A DNA stretch of 44,056 bases from Faecalibacterium sp. CAG:74 (GCA_963588415.1 CAVAHB010000127.1:1-44056); one strand, 5' to 3'. Numbered from the stretch's first letter, positions 22,640 to 30,892 are shown. Made by a program: numbers and translations. Notes: a model not told the origin generated them from the sequence alone.

Positions 22640-24424
22640 TTATTCCGCGACGTATTCGATGTCGTCGAGATAGAACGTGAACGGGTCGCCCTCGTTTGCG
22701 AACGAGAAGCCGAAGCCCGTCTTGATCGTCGAAAGGTCGAGACCGTCGAGGGGGATGCGATAGCGCGTCCATTCCCTCTTGAGAACGACGCCATCGAGTT
22801 TCGCCTGCGCCGTGTCGTGGTATTTGCCCTTTTCGAGACGCCCCATGAAGAAGTCCACCTTCTCGCCGCCCTTCGCGCCACGCGCCCAAAAGACGAGCGT
22901 CCGCGCATTCGAGAGGTTCGCTCCGCCGGACTTCTCGCCCCAGTCGTTCGGCGGGTCCTGCCAGAAGATGCCCGCCCAGCCGTAGTGGTCGAGATAGTCG
23001 ATCTTCATGCAGGTCTCGCCCGAACGGGGATTCTCGCGGCACTTCTCGTCCACCTTCAGCGCACGGGAATGACCCATGTAGCCCGACGGATACCACTTTC
23101 GCGGCGCACCGTCCACGTAGACGGCATACGGCATCGCGACAGGCTTCAGCACGCGCCTCGGCTCGGCGCCCTTCGCCCGAATCGGTCGGTTCGCATACGC
23201 GGCGTTCCCCTTCCCGTCGAAGACGTAGCAATAGAGGAGGTAGGTTCCGCCACCCGGCAGTTTCACCGTCGCCCTCGGCGTTCCCTGCCCCTTCACGACC
23301 GCGCCCGCCCAGCCGTCGGGAACGGGCAGGCCCGTCCCAATCGTGTCGTAGTCGCCCGTGTCGCTGACGAGTTCCCAGCGGTAGGTAAGCGCGTCGCCGT
23401 CGGGGTCGGCGGCCTCAATGGCGGCCTCGACGGGTGTCGCCGCGTCCGTGAGGTCGTCGGCCGAAACGACCATCTCGCCCGTCGTCGGACAGCGGTTCGC
23501 GACCTTCGTCTCGCCCCACGCCTTCTGCACCGCCTCGACGCTCGCAAGCCGCGTCATGTCCGGGAGCAGCATTCCGTGCCATGTCGGCGTGGACTCGACC
23601 TTCCACCCCCACGTGAACGCATAACTGCCGAGACAGAACTTGCCGCGCTCGGCCTCGACGCTCTTCGCATACGCTACGGCGAACTCGCGGCCCTTTTCCG
23701 TGCTCGTCGGCTCGAGCGCGAGACCCCAGGCGTTCTTCGGGCTTTCCCAACTGCCGTGCGCACCGTATTCGGTTATCACGTAGGGCTTCGTCATCCCCGC
23801 CTTGCGCCACCGTTCGCCGACGCTCGCCGCGCCGCCATAGCTGTTGATGCCGAAGAAGTCGATGTCGGGGCAGAGCGTCCTGAATGCCTCCAGCGTCTCG
23901 TCGGGGATTTCCGCGACGACAGTCGTCACGGGATGATTCGGATCGACGGACTTCACCTCGCGGGCGAGGGCGTTGACGAACTTCCACATTTCCGTCTTGT
24001 GCGGATTGTTCATCTCCATTTCGTTTCCGAGCGCCCAGCAAAGCAGGTTCGGATGATCCTTCACCCGCCGCACCGTCGCCAGCACGTCGCGCCGCGTCGA
24101 TTCCAGCACGGATGCGTTCGTGTAGTCGAAGCCGTGCTCGGCGTGGCCGAGCCAGAAGCCGCACATCACCGTGAGACCGTTCGCCTTCGCCGTCGCAAGT
24201 TGCGCGTCGATGTCGTCCGCACCCCACGTGCGGAAACCGTTGCCGCCGATCTTCCTGAGCGCGGTCTTGTCGGCGCCGCCGCCCGCCCCCTTGATGAAGT
24301 AGGGCTTGCCGTCCCTTTGAAGCGTCCAATTCCCCGCGTGTCCGACGAGGCGCACCGTCCCCGCAAAAGCCGAGAACCCGAATGTCGTCAGCGCAACCGC
24401 CGACAAAAGTTGAAGTCCGTACAT
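22640..24424 (-). CDS. secreted clan GH-A glycoside hydrolase (GH5/GH2-like TIM barrel) with C-terminal beta-sandwich/CBM-like domains
   Basis: ORF 22640..24499, trimmed to the ATG at 24424 (signal peptide MYGLQLLSAVALTTFGFSAFAG). WALGNEMEMN carries the Asn-Glu acid/base motif. The exact GH family was not resolved by eye. Confidence 0.6.
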   Translation of the reverse strand: MYGLQLLSAVALTTFGFSAFAGTVRLVGHAGNWTLQRDGKPYFIKGAGGGADKTALRKIGGNGFRTWGADDIDAQLATAKANGLTVMCGFWLGHAEHGFDYTNASVLESTRRDVLATVRRVKDHPNLLCWALGNEMEMNNPHKTEMWKFVNALAREVKSVDPNHPVTTVVAEIPDETLEAFRTLCPDIDFFGINSYGGAASVGERWRKAGMTKPYVITEYGAHGSWESPKNAWGLALEPTSTEKGREFAVAYAKSVEAERGKFCLGSYAFTWGWKVESTPTWHGMLLPDMTRLASVEAVQKAWGETKVANRCPTTGEMVVSADDLTDAATPVEAAIEAADPDGDALTYRWELVSDTGDYDTIGTGLPVPDGWAGAVVKGQGTPRATVKLPGGGTYLLYCYVFDGKGNAAYANRPIRAKGAEPRRVLKPVAMPYAVYVDGAPRKWYPSGYMGHSRALKVDEKCRENPRSGETCMKIDYLDHYGWAGIFWQDPPNDWGEKSGGANLSNARTLVFWARGAKGGEKVDFFMGRLEKGKYHDTAQAKLDGVVLKREWTRYRIPLDGLDLSTIKTGFGFSFANEGDPFTFYLDDIEYVAE

Positions 24425-24435
24425 GATTTTCCGTC

Positions 24436-27400
24436 TTATCGGATGATGATTCTGAAGCCCTGTTCGCCGACGACGATCGACCCTTCGCCCGTCACGCATC
24501 CGTCGAACTGCGCGGCGGTGTAAGTTCCGCGGCGCATTTCCTTGCCGTTCACGAAGAGAGATTGCGCGGTCAGCGTCTCGCCGTTCAGGTCGAGCACGGC
24601 GTTTCCGCCTTCAAGGGAAAGGCTGTTCACGCGGAACGACGCAGTCAACTTCGCCCGCCCGAAGTCACGCACCGTCAGGCGTGCGCGGCGGAACCGCGAC
24701 GCGCCGTCGCATCGCGGGCCGTTCCCCGGCAGAAGCGTCGCACGGGTTCGCGGTCCCGGCGCGGTCGCGTCACCGTTCGTCAGCTCGCCGTTCGCGACGA
24801 CGATTTCACCGCCGTCGAGTGCCGTTTCCGCACCCGTCGCGAGGAAAACCGTACCCGCCGCCGAACACGGCACGGCGGAAAGTTCGTCCGTCGCGTTCCG
24901 GCCGCGGTTGCCGTAGGCCGTAATCGAGCCGGTAAAGAGGGTGAAGTCCGAATCCGCATCCGTCAGGCGCACGGCGATGCGTCCGCCCGAACCCGAACCG
25001 TGGACGGAGTCGAAGGTCAGCGCGTCGATCTTTCCCGCGTCTGCGGAAATCACGCCCGAGCCGTCGAGCGACCCGAAGCGCAGGTTCAGGCTGCCGCCCG
25101 TCGAGCCGCCGTTCGAGCCGTTCCACGCATAGCCGCGTGAGGAAATCTCGCCATTCACCTGCGCCCGGCCGAGCACCGAAAGCCAGACGAGTCCGCCGCC
25201 GGCGTAACTGGTGCTGTCGCCCGTGCCGGACGAGCCGTATTCCATCGGCTCGAACACGCTGCCGTAGACGACGTCGTTCGTCGCGCCCTCGCCGCCGTAG
25301 GAAGCCCCCGTGCCGCCCTTGTAGCCGGGACCGCCGAGATACCAGCCGCGCGTCCGCTTCTCGGGCTTGTTCAGTTCGCCGCTTCCCGCCGTGACCTGGA
25401 CGCCTTCCGCCACGCGCAGGTCGCCGCCGACCGACACCGCGACCGCCGCCGTCGGCTCCGCGCCCGCTTCGCCCGAACCCTCGTGCGTCCACACGCCGCC
25501 GTCGAGGAGCGCGTCGCCCGCAATTCGGAGCGGCGCATTCGTCGTGAGCGCGAAGGTGACGTAACCCGTCGCCTCGCCCGCCGGCTGAAGCCAGCCGCCG
25601 ACGGCCGTCAGGTTCGCCGGCCACGAGAGGTCGTTCGCCGCGAGGTCGCGCAGGAACACCACCGTGTCCGTCGCCGTCGGGACGCGCCCGCGCGACCAGT
25701 TCGCCGCGTCGCCCGCATCCGCCGAAACCGTGCCGAGGAAGAGATTCGCCGCGTCGCCCGCCACCATCGCCTTCGGCGAGGTCTTGCTGAAGACGGTCTC
25801 CGTCTCGTTCGAGAGCGCGAAGACGTAGTAGACGACTTTGTTCGGCGCAACTTCCAGCGTCTTCTCGTACGCCGTCTCGTCCGTCGCGGACGCGGCAATC
25901 TGCACCGATTCCGTCCAGCCGTCGAACGAACTGCCGCCGTCCGCCGTGCCATAGAGGAGGTAGAGCGCACCCGCCGGGACGCCCGCCTTCTGCACCGTCA
26001 CGCCGAAGGTAAGCGCGTTGCCCGCCCCCTGCGCGACCGTCGCCGCGCCGTCGAAGAGCATGTGGTCGTCGGCGAGGGCGATCGCCTTCACGTGCACGTC
26101 GCCCGTCTCGCCCGACACCTCGAACCGCCCGAGGAACGCCGCCTCGTCGGCGAAGGTCTCGCCGCCGTAGCGGATCTTCGGGTTCTCCCCGGCGAAGAGC
26201 GTCGAGTAGACCGCCTCCGTCGTCGCCTCGGCATGGGTGAAGACGAACTCCGTCGTCGCCCCCGTCTTCACGTTCACGTAGGAGGTGCCGCCCTGCCACA
26301 CGGCGTCCGCCAAGGCCGCCGAAAGCGTGATCGTGCCGTCGCCCACCGTCAGCGCAACGCCCGAAGCCTGCGCGGCGAGCTTGACCGCCGAGATGCTGCC
26401 CGCAATCTCCCGGGGCGTGCTCCACTGGAGTTCGTTCACGTTCGCAAGCGTTCCGCCGCACAGGCTCACGCCGTCCGCAAGCGCAAAGGTCTTCTGTTCC
26501 GAGAAGGAAAGCGTTCCTCCGATCTCCATCGTCGCGCCGTTCGCCATGTTGAACGCCGTCGCCGTAAACGAGCCGCCTTCGCCGATGGTCAGTTTCGCCG
26601 TGCCGTTGAGGTTCATCTGTCCGGCGGTTCCCATGTCGAACGCCGCGCCAGACCCGACCGTAATCGTCCCGCTCACCTGCATCCAGGCGTTGCCGCCAGA
26701 CTGGCGGAAACTCCCGCCGGTCAGCGTCAGGGAGCCGTCCGCGTCGATCGTGAGGTCGCCGCCCGGGACGTATTCGCACGCACCGGAATCGATGACGACG
26801 GCATCCCCCGCCGCCGGCACGCCTTCCGGACTCCAGCAGGCGGCCGTCTGCCACGTTCCGCTCCCGCCCGTCCATGTCTTCACGTCCGCCGACAGGTCGA
26901 ACGTCTGCGCAAGAGTCGCCGCGGCGACCATCGCCGTCTTGACAACTGTATTCATTTGCCCACCTTCTTTCGCTTGTGTTTTTTCGTAGTAAACGTATCC
27001 CGTCGCCGCGGCAAAGGCGGTCAGCCCGGCCGCCGCAAGTCCCCAGCCCGCCGCTTTCAGCCAGCCGCCGGAGCGACCGCACGGCGGCTCAAACGCGCCA
27101 CCGGTCGCCCGCGATTCGGCGGTGGACTTCGCCCTTCGCGCCGCGTACTGACTTTTGAGTAGGGCGTCCACGAGGGCAAGTTCGCCGTATTCGCGCAACC
27201 TTTCGGGCGACTTCGCCGCACATTCGACCACCTTTCGCCGCGCCCCGATCCCCTCGTTCCCGTCCAGCGCCCTGGACATCAGGCCCTCGAGTTCGGTCGC
27301 GTCCCCGAAGTCGCGCTCGAACGAACTCTCGGAAATCCGGCAGAGCCGCATGATGCATTCCGCCAGTTTCCGCCGCGCATACGTGAGGCGGTTGCGGATT

Positions 27401-27870
27401 TCCCGTGAAGTCGTCTTGTGAAGTTTCGCCATCTCGCGGGGCTTCCGGTCGTCCCCGTACCGTTCTTCCAGCATTTTCAGCGTTTCCTCGTCAAGTTTGC
27501 GCTTGCAGATTGCAAGCCGCGTCATCACCGGCAGGTCGGTCGAATCGCACGCCGCGTAGGTTTCGGCGAGCCGCTCAAGCGCCGTTTCGCCGAACACCAG
27601 CCGCTCCGCACCCTTCTTCGCGCGAAACGCGAGGATTTGCATCTTCGCAAACGCAATCAGCCACGGCAGGAGCGGACGCGACGGGTCGTAGTCGTCCACG
27701 CGGCGGATTACCGCAAGGTTCGCATTCTGCACCACGTCGTCGATGTCGTCGGGAAAGCACGAAAGCGCCGCGCCCACGAAGGCGCGCAGCACCTCCTGAT
27801 GCGTGACGAGTTCCGTCATCAACTTCTGTACGACCGGCGTTTCCATTCGCTTGTCTGTTTCTGCTTGCAT
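24436..27870 (-). CDS. ECF-type sigma factor fused to an anti-sigma-like linker, a TM helix and an extracytoplasmic beta-helix repeat domain of about 840 aa
   Basis: A single 1144-aa ORF with no in-frame stop. Region 2-like DDVVQNANLAVIRR...LPWLIAFAKMQIL and region 4-like REMAKLHKTTSREIRNRLTYARRKL are present. The TM helix spans about residues 270-295. Gly/Thr/Ala-rich autotransporter-associated beta-strand-like repeats follow. An internal ATG at 26955 has AAGGTGG upstream and a signal-peptide-like MNTVVKTAMVAAATLAQT. Confidence 0.7.
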   Translation of the reverse strand: MQAETDKRMETPVVQKLMTELVTHQEVLRAFVGAALSCFPDDIDDVVQNANLAVIRRVDDYDPSRPLLPWLIAFAKMQILAFRAKKGAERLVFGETALERLAETYAACDSTDLPVMTRLAICKRKLDEETLKMLEERYGDDRKPREMAKLHKTTSREIRNRLTYARRKLAECIMRLCRISESSFERDFGDATELEGLMSRALDGNEGIGARRKVVECAAKSPERLREYGELALVDALLKSQYAARRAKSTAESRATGGAFEPPCGRSGGWLKAAGWGLAAAGLTAFAAATGYVYYEKTQAKEGGQMNTVVKTAMVAAATLAQTFDLSADVKTWTGGSGTWQTAACWSPEGVPAAGDAVVIDSGACEYVPGGDLTIDADGSLTLTGGSFRQSGGNAWMQVSGTITVGSGAAFDMGTAGQMNLNGTAKLTIGEGGSFTATAFNMANGATMEIGGTLSFSEQKTFALADGVSLCGGTLANVNELQWSTPREIAGSISAVKLAAQASGVALTVGDGTITLSAALADAVWQGGTSYVNVKTGATTEFVFTHAEATTEAVYSTLFAGENPKIRYGGETFADEAAFLGRFEVSGETGDVHVKAIALADDHMLFDGAATVAQGAGNALTFGVTVQKAGVPAGALYLLYGTADGGSSFDGWTESVQIAASATDETAYEKTLEVAPNKVVYYVFALSNETETVFSKTSPKAMVAGDAANLFLGTVSADAGDAANWSRGRVPTATDTVVFLRDLAANDLSWPANLTAVGGWLQPAGEATGYVTFALTTNAPLRIAGDALLDGGVWTHEGSGEAGAEPTAAVAVSVGGDLRVAEGVQVTAGSGELNKPEKRTRGWYLGGPGYKGGTGASYGGEGATNDVVYGSVFEPMEYGSSGTGDSTSYAGGGLVWLSVLGRAQVNGEISSRGYAWNGSNGGSTGGSLNLRFGSLDGSGVISADAGKIDALTFDSVHGSGSGGRIAVRLTDADSDFTLFTGSITAYGNRGRNATDELSAVPCSAAGTVFLATGAETALDGGEIVVANGELTNGDATAPGPRTRATLLPGNGPRCDGASRFRRARLTVRDFGRAKLTASFRVNSLSLEGGNAVLDLNGETLTAQSLFVNGKEMRRGTYTAAQFDGCVTGEGSIVVGEQGFRIIIR

Positions 27871-27996
27871 ATTATCTTATTCCTCAATCCTGTTTTGCTG
27901 AAACTTTTTCCAAGAATCTTTCATCCGCCGCACAGCCATCCTTCATCGCACAAACTTTACCGACCATAATCTACACATTTCCAACTAGTTGATGTA

Positions 27997-28005
27997 ATTA
28001 TACCA
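27997..28005 (-). promoter_or_regulatory. extended -10 element TGGTATAAT for the sigma-fusion/GH operon
   Basis: Minus strand reads ATGTCA-N17-TATAAT, with TGG preceding the -10. This gives a leader of about 120 nt to the ATG at 27870, which has GAGGA upstream. Confidence 0.5.
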
Positions 28006-28164
28006 AATCTGAGGCAACCTGACATTAGCCTGAAGTTTACTCGTTTTTCACTGGGGGCCCGATTCTGACCACGGAGGCAATTGCAAGACTTCCTGCGGGC
28101 GGGCGCGACACCCGCCCCGACCGTGCGAATACGGTAGGGTCACGCATCCCGCGTGACCGCCGCA

Positions 28165-28200
28165 CTTTCGGCGCGAAGACCCCTTCCTGTCCGACCGCCG
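28165..28200 (+). repeat. conserved 36-bp junction motif, copy 1 (CTTTCGGCGCGAAGACCCCTTCCTGTCCGACCGCCG)
   Basis: Near-identical copies lie at 28732-28767 and 43943-43982. Copies 1 and 3 are each followed within 3 bp by the palindrome array. Confidence 0.9.
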
Positions 28201-28202
28201 AG

Positions 28203-28415
28203 CCCATATATGGACAACCCCCGAGTCCATATATGGAGAAACCGAAATCCATATATGGACAACCCCCGAGTCCATATATGGAGAAATCAAAATCCATATA
28301 TGGAGAAACCGCTGGCCATATATGGAGAACGAGTTGTCCATATATGGATTTGCGTTTGTCCATATATGGAGAACGGTTTGTCCATATATGGACAGCACCC
28401 GAGTCCATATATGGA
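28203..28415. repeat. array of ten 12-bp palindromes (TCCATATATGGA) at 22-23 bp phasing
   Basis: CCATATATGG occurs at 28204, 28227, 28249, 28272, 28294, 28316, 28338, 28360, 28382 and 28405. Spacers fall into two classes, CAACCCCCGAG-like (11 nt) and GAAAYC...-like (10 nt). This gives a partial 45-bp higher-order unit. Confidence 0.97.
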
Positions 28416-28482
28416 CAAGTCCAACGCTCCGAGAGGGGGTTCGCCGCGCTCCCCGAGGGGCCAAACGCGGGCTTTCCCGTAC

Positions 28483-28499
28483 TCCTTATATATATAGGA
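28483..28499. repeat. variant AT-core site TCCTTATATATATAGGA
   Basis: It has the same TCC...GGA flanks as the array palindrome, but the core is T(TA)5, 11 nt rather than 6. It lies 68 bp after the last array unit. Confidence 0.8.
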
Positions 28500-28540
28500 T
28501 ACCACACAGGCATCACGAACGCGGTTGCGGCTCGGATTTT

Positions 28541-28665
28541 ACCACTGAACACACTGAACGGCCTTCGGCCGACACAGAATACACTGAACTTGCCATCGGG
28601 GGGAGGCCGAGCCGACTTTCAGTGTGTTCAGTGTGCCGCGAAGCGGCTTCTGTGTGTTCAGTGGT
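28541..28665. repeat. 125-bp nested-hairpin element, copy 1
   Basis: A perfect 13-bp outer stem, ACCACTGAACACA (28541-28553) paired with TGTGTTCAGTGGT (28653-28665). Inner mini-hairpins are GGCCTTCGGCC (28560-28570) and GCCGCGAAGCGGC (28635-28647). The arms are built from ACACTGAAC sub-repeats. About 111 of 125 positions match 43660-43784 with no gaps. Confidence 0.9.
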
Positions 28666-28691
28666 CGAAACCGCCGGGCGGGGCGAGTTTT

Positions 28692-28714
28692 ACCACTAAA
28701 CACACTGAACGGCC
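28692..28714. repeat. left-arm fragment of the 125-bp element
   Basis: ACCACTAAACACACTGAACGGCC, preceded by the same GTTTT as copy 1. It diverges into a CGACGAAAGTCG mini-hairpin. Confidence 0.75.
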
Positions 28715-28731
28715 GACGAAAGTCGCCCTCT

Positions 28732-28767
28732 CTTTCGGCGCGGCGAACCCTTCCTGTCCGACCGACG
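28732..28767 (+). repeat. conserved 36-bp junction motif, copy 2 (not followed by an array)
   Basis: CTTTCGGCGCGGCGAACCCTTCCTGTCCGACCGACG. Confidence 0.9.
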
Positions 28768-28771
28768 CGCC

Positions 28772-28789
28772 CAATCCTGTCAATCCTGT
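28772..28789 (+). repeat. tandem 9-mer CAATCCTGT x2
   Basis: A direct repeat immediately after junction motif copy 2. A third exact copy lies at 27885-27893, in the leader of the sigma-fusion gene. Confidence 0.8.
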
Positions 28790-28838
28790 CTAAAACCGCC
28801 GCGCCGAGAACGGGTAAACTCCGGCAGATGTTGGCTCT

Positions 28839-28868
28839 TTGACACGAAGTGTGCGGTTTTGGTATAAT
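28839..28868 (+). promoter_or_regulatory. strong sigma-70 type promoter for the acyltransferase gene
   Basis: TTGACA (28839-28844), an 18-nt spacer ending in TGG, then TATAAT (28863-28868). The ATG at 28877 is only 8 nt after the -10 and has no SD, a leaderless configuration. Confidence 0.65.
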
Positions 28869-28876
28869 AACCCGCA

Positions 28877-29737
28877 ATGGTTAAGACCGATATGGAAAGT
28901 TTTCGCCGCGAGCTGCTGGAGACGGGCGGCTATCGCACGGCGGACGACCATCGGGCGGCGAAACGTGCGCGGCAGGGTGCGTGGACGACGTTTCGCTTCG
29001 CGATGGCCGTGTCGCGTGTCTTTCCGATGTGTGCGGTCTGGGAGGCGTGCCACCGACTGACGACCGACAAGTGGGCGCGATTCTGTTTCTCGACCGTGCA
29101 GGTCGCCGAGAAACTTGGCATGAACGTCATTCTCGAGGGGTGGAAGAGCCGACAGTCGTACGACGGCCCCGTGATGTACCTCTGCAACCACATGTCCACC
29201 TACGAGACGATCTTCCTTCCGCCGGTTCTGCTTTCGTACGGCCCGTTCAACGTGGTGACGAAGGCCTCGCTCGCGCACCTGCCCGCGCTCGAACGCGCCG
29301 CCGCGCACATGGGCATCGTGCCAATCGGGCGAAAGAATCCGCGCGAAGACCTGATGACGCTGCTGAAGGTCGGCACGACGCGAATCGGCGAAGGCAACAG
29401 TTTCCTCATCTTCCCCCAGGGGTCGCGGCAGAAGGTGTTCGCCCGCGCACATTTCTCGTCCATCGGTGCGAAGCTGGCGGAGCGGGCGAGGTGTCCGATC
29501 GTGCCGATCGCCGTCGATTCGCGGTGCATGCCGACGCGCGAACGCGGCTGGCTCAGGGGCGTGTTCAAGGACTTCGGCACGGTCGATACCTCGCGTGACG
29601 TCCGATGCGCCTGCGGGCCGGTGATTCCCTGCGGAAAGTCCCGCGAAATGCACGAGGCCTCGTTCGACTGGATCGCCTCGAAACTCGAATCGTGGGGACT
29701 GCCGACCGAACGGAACGGAACCGGGTCGGCGGCCTGA
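28877..29737 (+). CDS. lysophospholipid (1-acyl-sn-glycerol-3-phosphate) acyltransferase family protein
   Basis: 286 aa. Contains the acyltransferase motifs CNHMSTYE (the HX4D/E block) and FPQGSR. Confidence 0.75.
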   Translation: MVKTDMESFRRELLETGGYRTADDHRAAKRARQGAWTTFRFAMAVSRVFPMCAVWEACHRLTTDKWARFCFSTVQVAEKLGMNVILEGWKSRQSYDGPVMYLCNHMSTYETIFLPPVLLSYGPFNVVTKASLAHLPALERAAAHMGIVPIGRKNPREDLMTLLKVGTTRIGEGNSFLIFPQGSRQKVFARAHFSSIGAKLAERARCPIVPIAVDSRCMPTRERGWLRGVFKDFGTVDTSRDVRCACGPVIPCGKSREMHEASFDWIASKLESWGLPTERNGTGSAA

Positions 29738-29794
29738 CGAAGCAAAGCCATTTGTCAACAGATAATTAATGTAAAAGGAAAGGAAAGAATAGAA

Positions 29795-30892
<1,098 letters not shown>

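Noticed and set aside
28203-28415. A CRISPR array interpretation of the TCCATATATGGA repeats
   Set aside because: The repeats are only 12 bp and the spacers only 10-11 bp, far below CRISPR dimensions. The spacers themselves repeat (CAACCCCCGAG twice, plus a GAAAYC... class). No leader or cas genes are in the window.
28203-28500. A chromosomal replication origin (AT-rich repeats as DnaA boxes or an unwinding element)
   Set aside because: No TTATCCACA-like DnaA boxes were seen, and no dnaA, dnaN or other origin-linked genes are nearby. A second similar array lies about 15.7 kb away. An iteron-like role on a plasmid or chromid cannot be excluded, and that possibility is kept as a hypothesis in the findings.
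28037-28793. ORF-track proteins crossing the repeat region (28037..28552, 28048..28464, 28153..28497, 28233..28793, 28287..28505, 28322..28699), with PYMD/SIYG/HIW repeats
   Set aside because: The palindrome TCCATATATGGA has no stop codon in any of the six frames, so the array is open in all frames by construction. The peptides are just the translated DNA repeat. None has an RBS, a start context or a recognisable fold.
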